In this document: positions 62,724 through 64,000 of the stretch, piece by piece
Layout of the letters: every line of letters starts with the position of its first letter
Position numbering within the stretch: the stretch's first letter is position 1
Source: an uncultured Cytophagales bacterium
Lineage (GTDB): Bacteria > Bacteroidota > Bacteroidia > Cytophagales > Cyclobacteriaceae
DNA: 64,000 nt
NCBI GenBank assembly: GCA_963848175.1
Contig: CAWKCO010000001.1
Span: forward strand, 28,676-92,675
Direction: 5' to 3'
Translations under genes and position numbers: made by a program
The notes under the pieces: generated by a model
What the model was told of the DNA's origin: nothing
Databases searched by the model: none
The model's input: only the letters and a program-made list of their open reading frames with translations

Positions 62724-62969
62724 TCACAATCGAATAAAATGCGCCCTCGCAAAAACACGGATGTTTTCCTTCAGATTAGATAAAACTGCCTCCAGATCTA
62801 TTTCCTCGGCGTTCACGTTCTCACAACTTTCATAAAGATTTTGGATAAAATTTTTCAGCGCAACATTCTCAGTTGTAGCCTTTTTTAAGTCAATATCGCT
62901 CAGGAAGAGTGCTTCCTGAGCGTCTGCCAGCTTTGCTTTTACTTCATCCAATTCCTTTTGTGTATCCAC
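62724..62969 (-). CDS. Small hypothetical coiled-coil protein
   Basis: 81-aa heptad-rich ORF (GTG start), 9 nt downstream of rocD. Confidence 0.6.
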   Translation of the reverse strand: MDTQKELDEVKAKLADAQEALFLSDIDLKKATTENVALKNFIQNLYESCENVNAEEIDLEAVLSNLKENIRVFARAHFIRL

Positions 62970-62978
62970 GGCGCTTAT

Positions 62979-64000
62979 TTATTTTTTGAATGCCAAAATG
63001 GTTTCTTCTATGATATCACAACATTCATGCAGTTGCTCATTGCTCATTACTAATGGCGGAGCAAAACGAATGATATTGCCATGAGTAGGCTTTGCTAGTA
63101 GTCCATTGTCTTTTAGCGCTACGCAAATATCCCAAGCTGTAGTGCTGTCTTCTGAGTCGTTGATCACAATAGCATTAAGCAAACCCTTTCCTCTAACGAG
63201 TTTGACTAACGGAGAGTGCTCTACGAGTTTGGTCATTCGTTCTCTGAAAACTTTGCCCAAAGCACGAGCATTTTGAGCCAATTTTTCTTCCTTCACCACT
63301 TCCAGTGCTGCAATGGCCACTTTGGCACCAAGAGGATTTCCTCCAAAAGTAGAGCCATGAGACCCAGGAGTAATCACGTTCATAATTGCATCATCAGCCA
63401 ATACCGCTGATACTGGGTAAGCGCCACCTGATAAAGCCTTACCCAAAATCAAAATATCCGGACGTACATAAGTAGCTGTTCTTTCACAATGTCCCTCACA
63501 GCTGCAATCTCCACACGCCGCAAGTAAACTTCCTGTTCGAGCAATTCCTGTTTGAATCTCATCATCGATGAAGAGCACCTTATTTGCTTCGCAAACTGTT
63601 TTTATAGTCTTTAGAAAATCAGCATCAGGCACAAATACCCCCGCTTCTCCCTGAATAGGCTCAGTAAGTACGCCAGCTACATTAGGTTGAGCGCATGCAG
63701 CTTTCAAGGCTTCTTTGTCATTATACGGGATTCGAATAAAGCCATCCGTATAAGGACCAAAGTGCTTTCTTGCGTTTTCATCACTGGAAAAAGAAATGAT
63801 CGTAGTAGTTCTTCCATGAAAATTTTGATCAAAAACGATGATTTTGGCTTCATTTTCAGGAATCCCCTTTTTCTCATAAGCCCATCGTCTACATATTTTA
63901 ATGGCAGTTTCTACCGCTTCAGCTCCTGTATTCATCGGCAGCACTTTGTCAAACACAAAATACTCTGTCAAGTATTTTTCATACTCACCCAACACATCAT
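62979..64000 (-). CDS. rocD: Ornithine--oxo-acid transaminase (5' end outside the window)
   Basis: PMNTGAEAVETAIK, NFHGRT, EPIQGEAG, DEIQTGIARTG, LGKALSGG, HGSTFGGNPL, LAKPTH. Confidence 0.95.
   Translation of the reverse strand, partial: DVLGEYEKYLTEYFVFDKVLPMNTGAEAVETAIKICRRWAYEKKGIPENEAKIIVFDQNFHGRTTTIISFSSDENARKHFGPYTDGFIRIPYNDKEALKAACAQPNVAGVLTEPIQGEAGVFVPDADFLKTIKTVCEANKVLFIDDEIQTGIARTGSLLAACGDCSCEGHCERTATYVRPDILILGKALSGGAYPVSAVLADDAIMNVITPGSHGSTFGGNPLGAKVAIAALEVVKEEKLAQNARALGKVFRERMTKLVEHSPLVKLVRGKGLLNAIVINDSEDSTTAWDICVALKDNGLLAKPTHGNIIRFAPPLVMSNEQLHECCDIIEETILAFKK

Noticed and set aside
1838-63410. Many short antisense or overlapping ORFs in the track (e.g. 5787-6389, 39879-40388, 48334-48867)
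   Set aside because: They shadow well-supported genes on the opposite strand or in other frames and carry no recognisable motifs.

Overview
Chromosomal window from a Bacteroidota bacterium, probably Cytophagales (inferred from T9SS sorting domains, TAnnTTTG promoter boxes, GT3 glycogen synthase and alpha2-type GlyRS). The first ~29 kb is mostly housekeeping: udk-rdgB-FKBP-nrnA, ndk, scpA, dxs, MltF-like, crtD, glycogen synthase, S41 peptidase, mreBCD-mrdA-rodA, purH, a hybrid histidine kinase and glycyl-tRNA synthetase. The rest is accessory. It holds (1) a PIN gene broken by a precise 20-nt palindromic insert, (2) a coupled membrane protein plus secreted Zn-peptidase with a YEATS domain, (3) an ECF sigma operon, (4) an integrase-less array of integron-like gene cassettes with non-canonical attC-like sites (BlaI-M56/M23 and a DUF4393-like gene), (5) an Npt-HEAT transporter plus serine hydrolase, (6) a GH5/ribokinase/sulfatase sugar locus, (7) two T9SS surface proteins sharing a near-identical ~1.2-kb C-terminal module, and (8) a GIY-YIG gene flanked by CGTC-type inverted repeats. 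Several single-base frameshifts look like consensus artefacts rather than real pseudogenes. I saw no rRNA, tRNA or CRISPR array. All calls come from motif recognition by eye; no database search was run.
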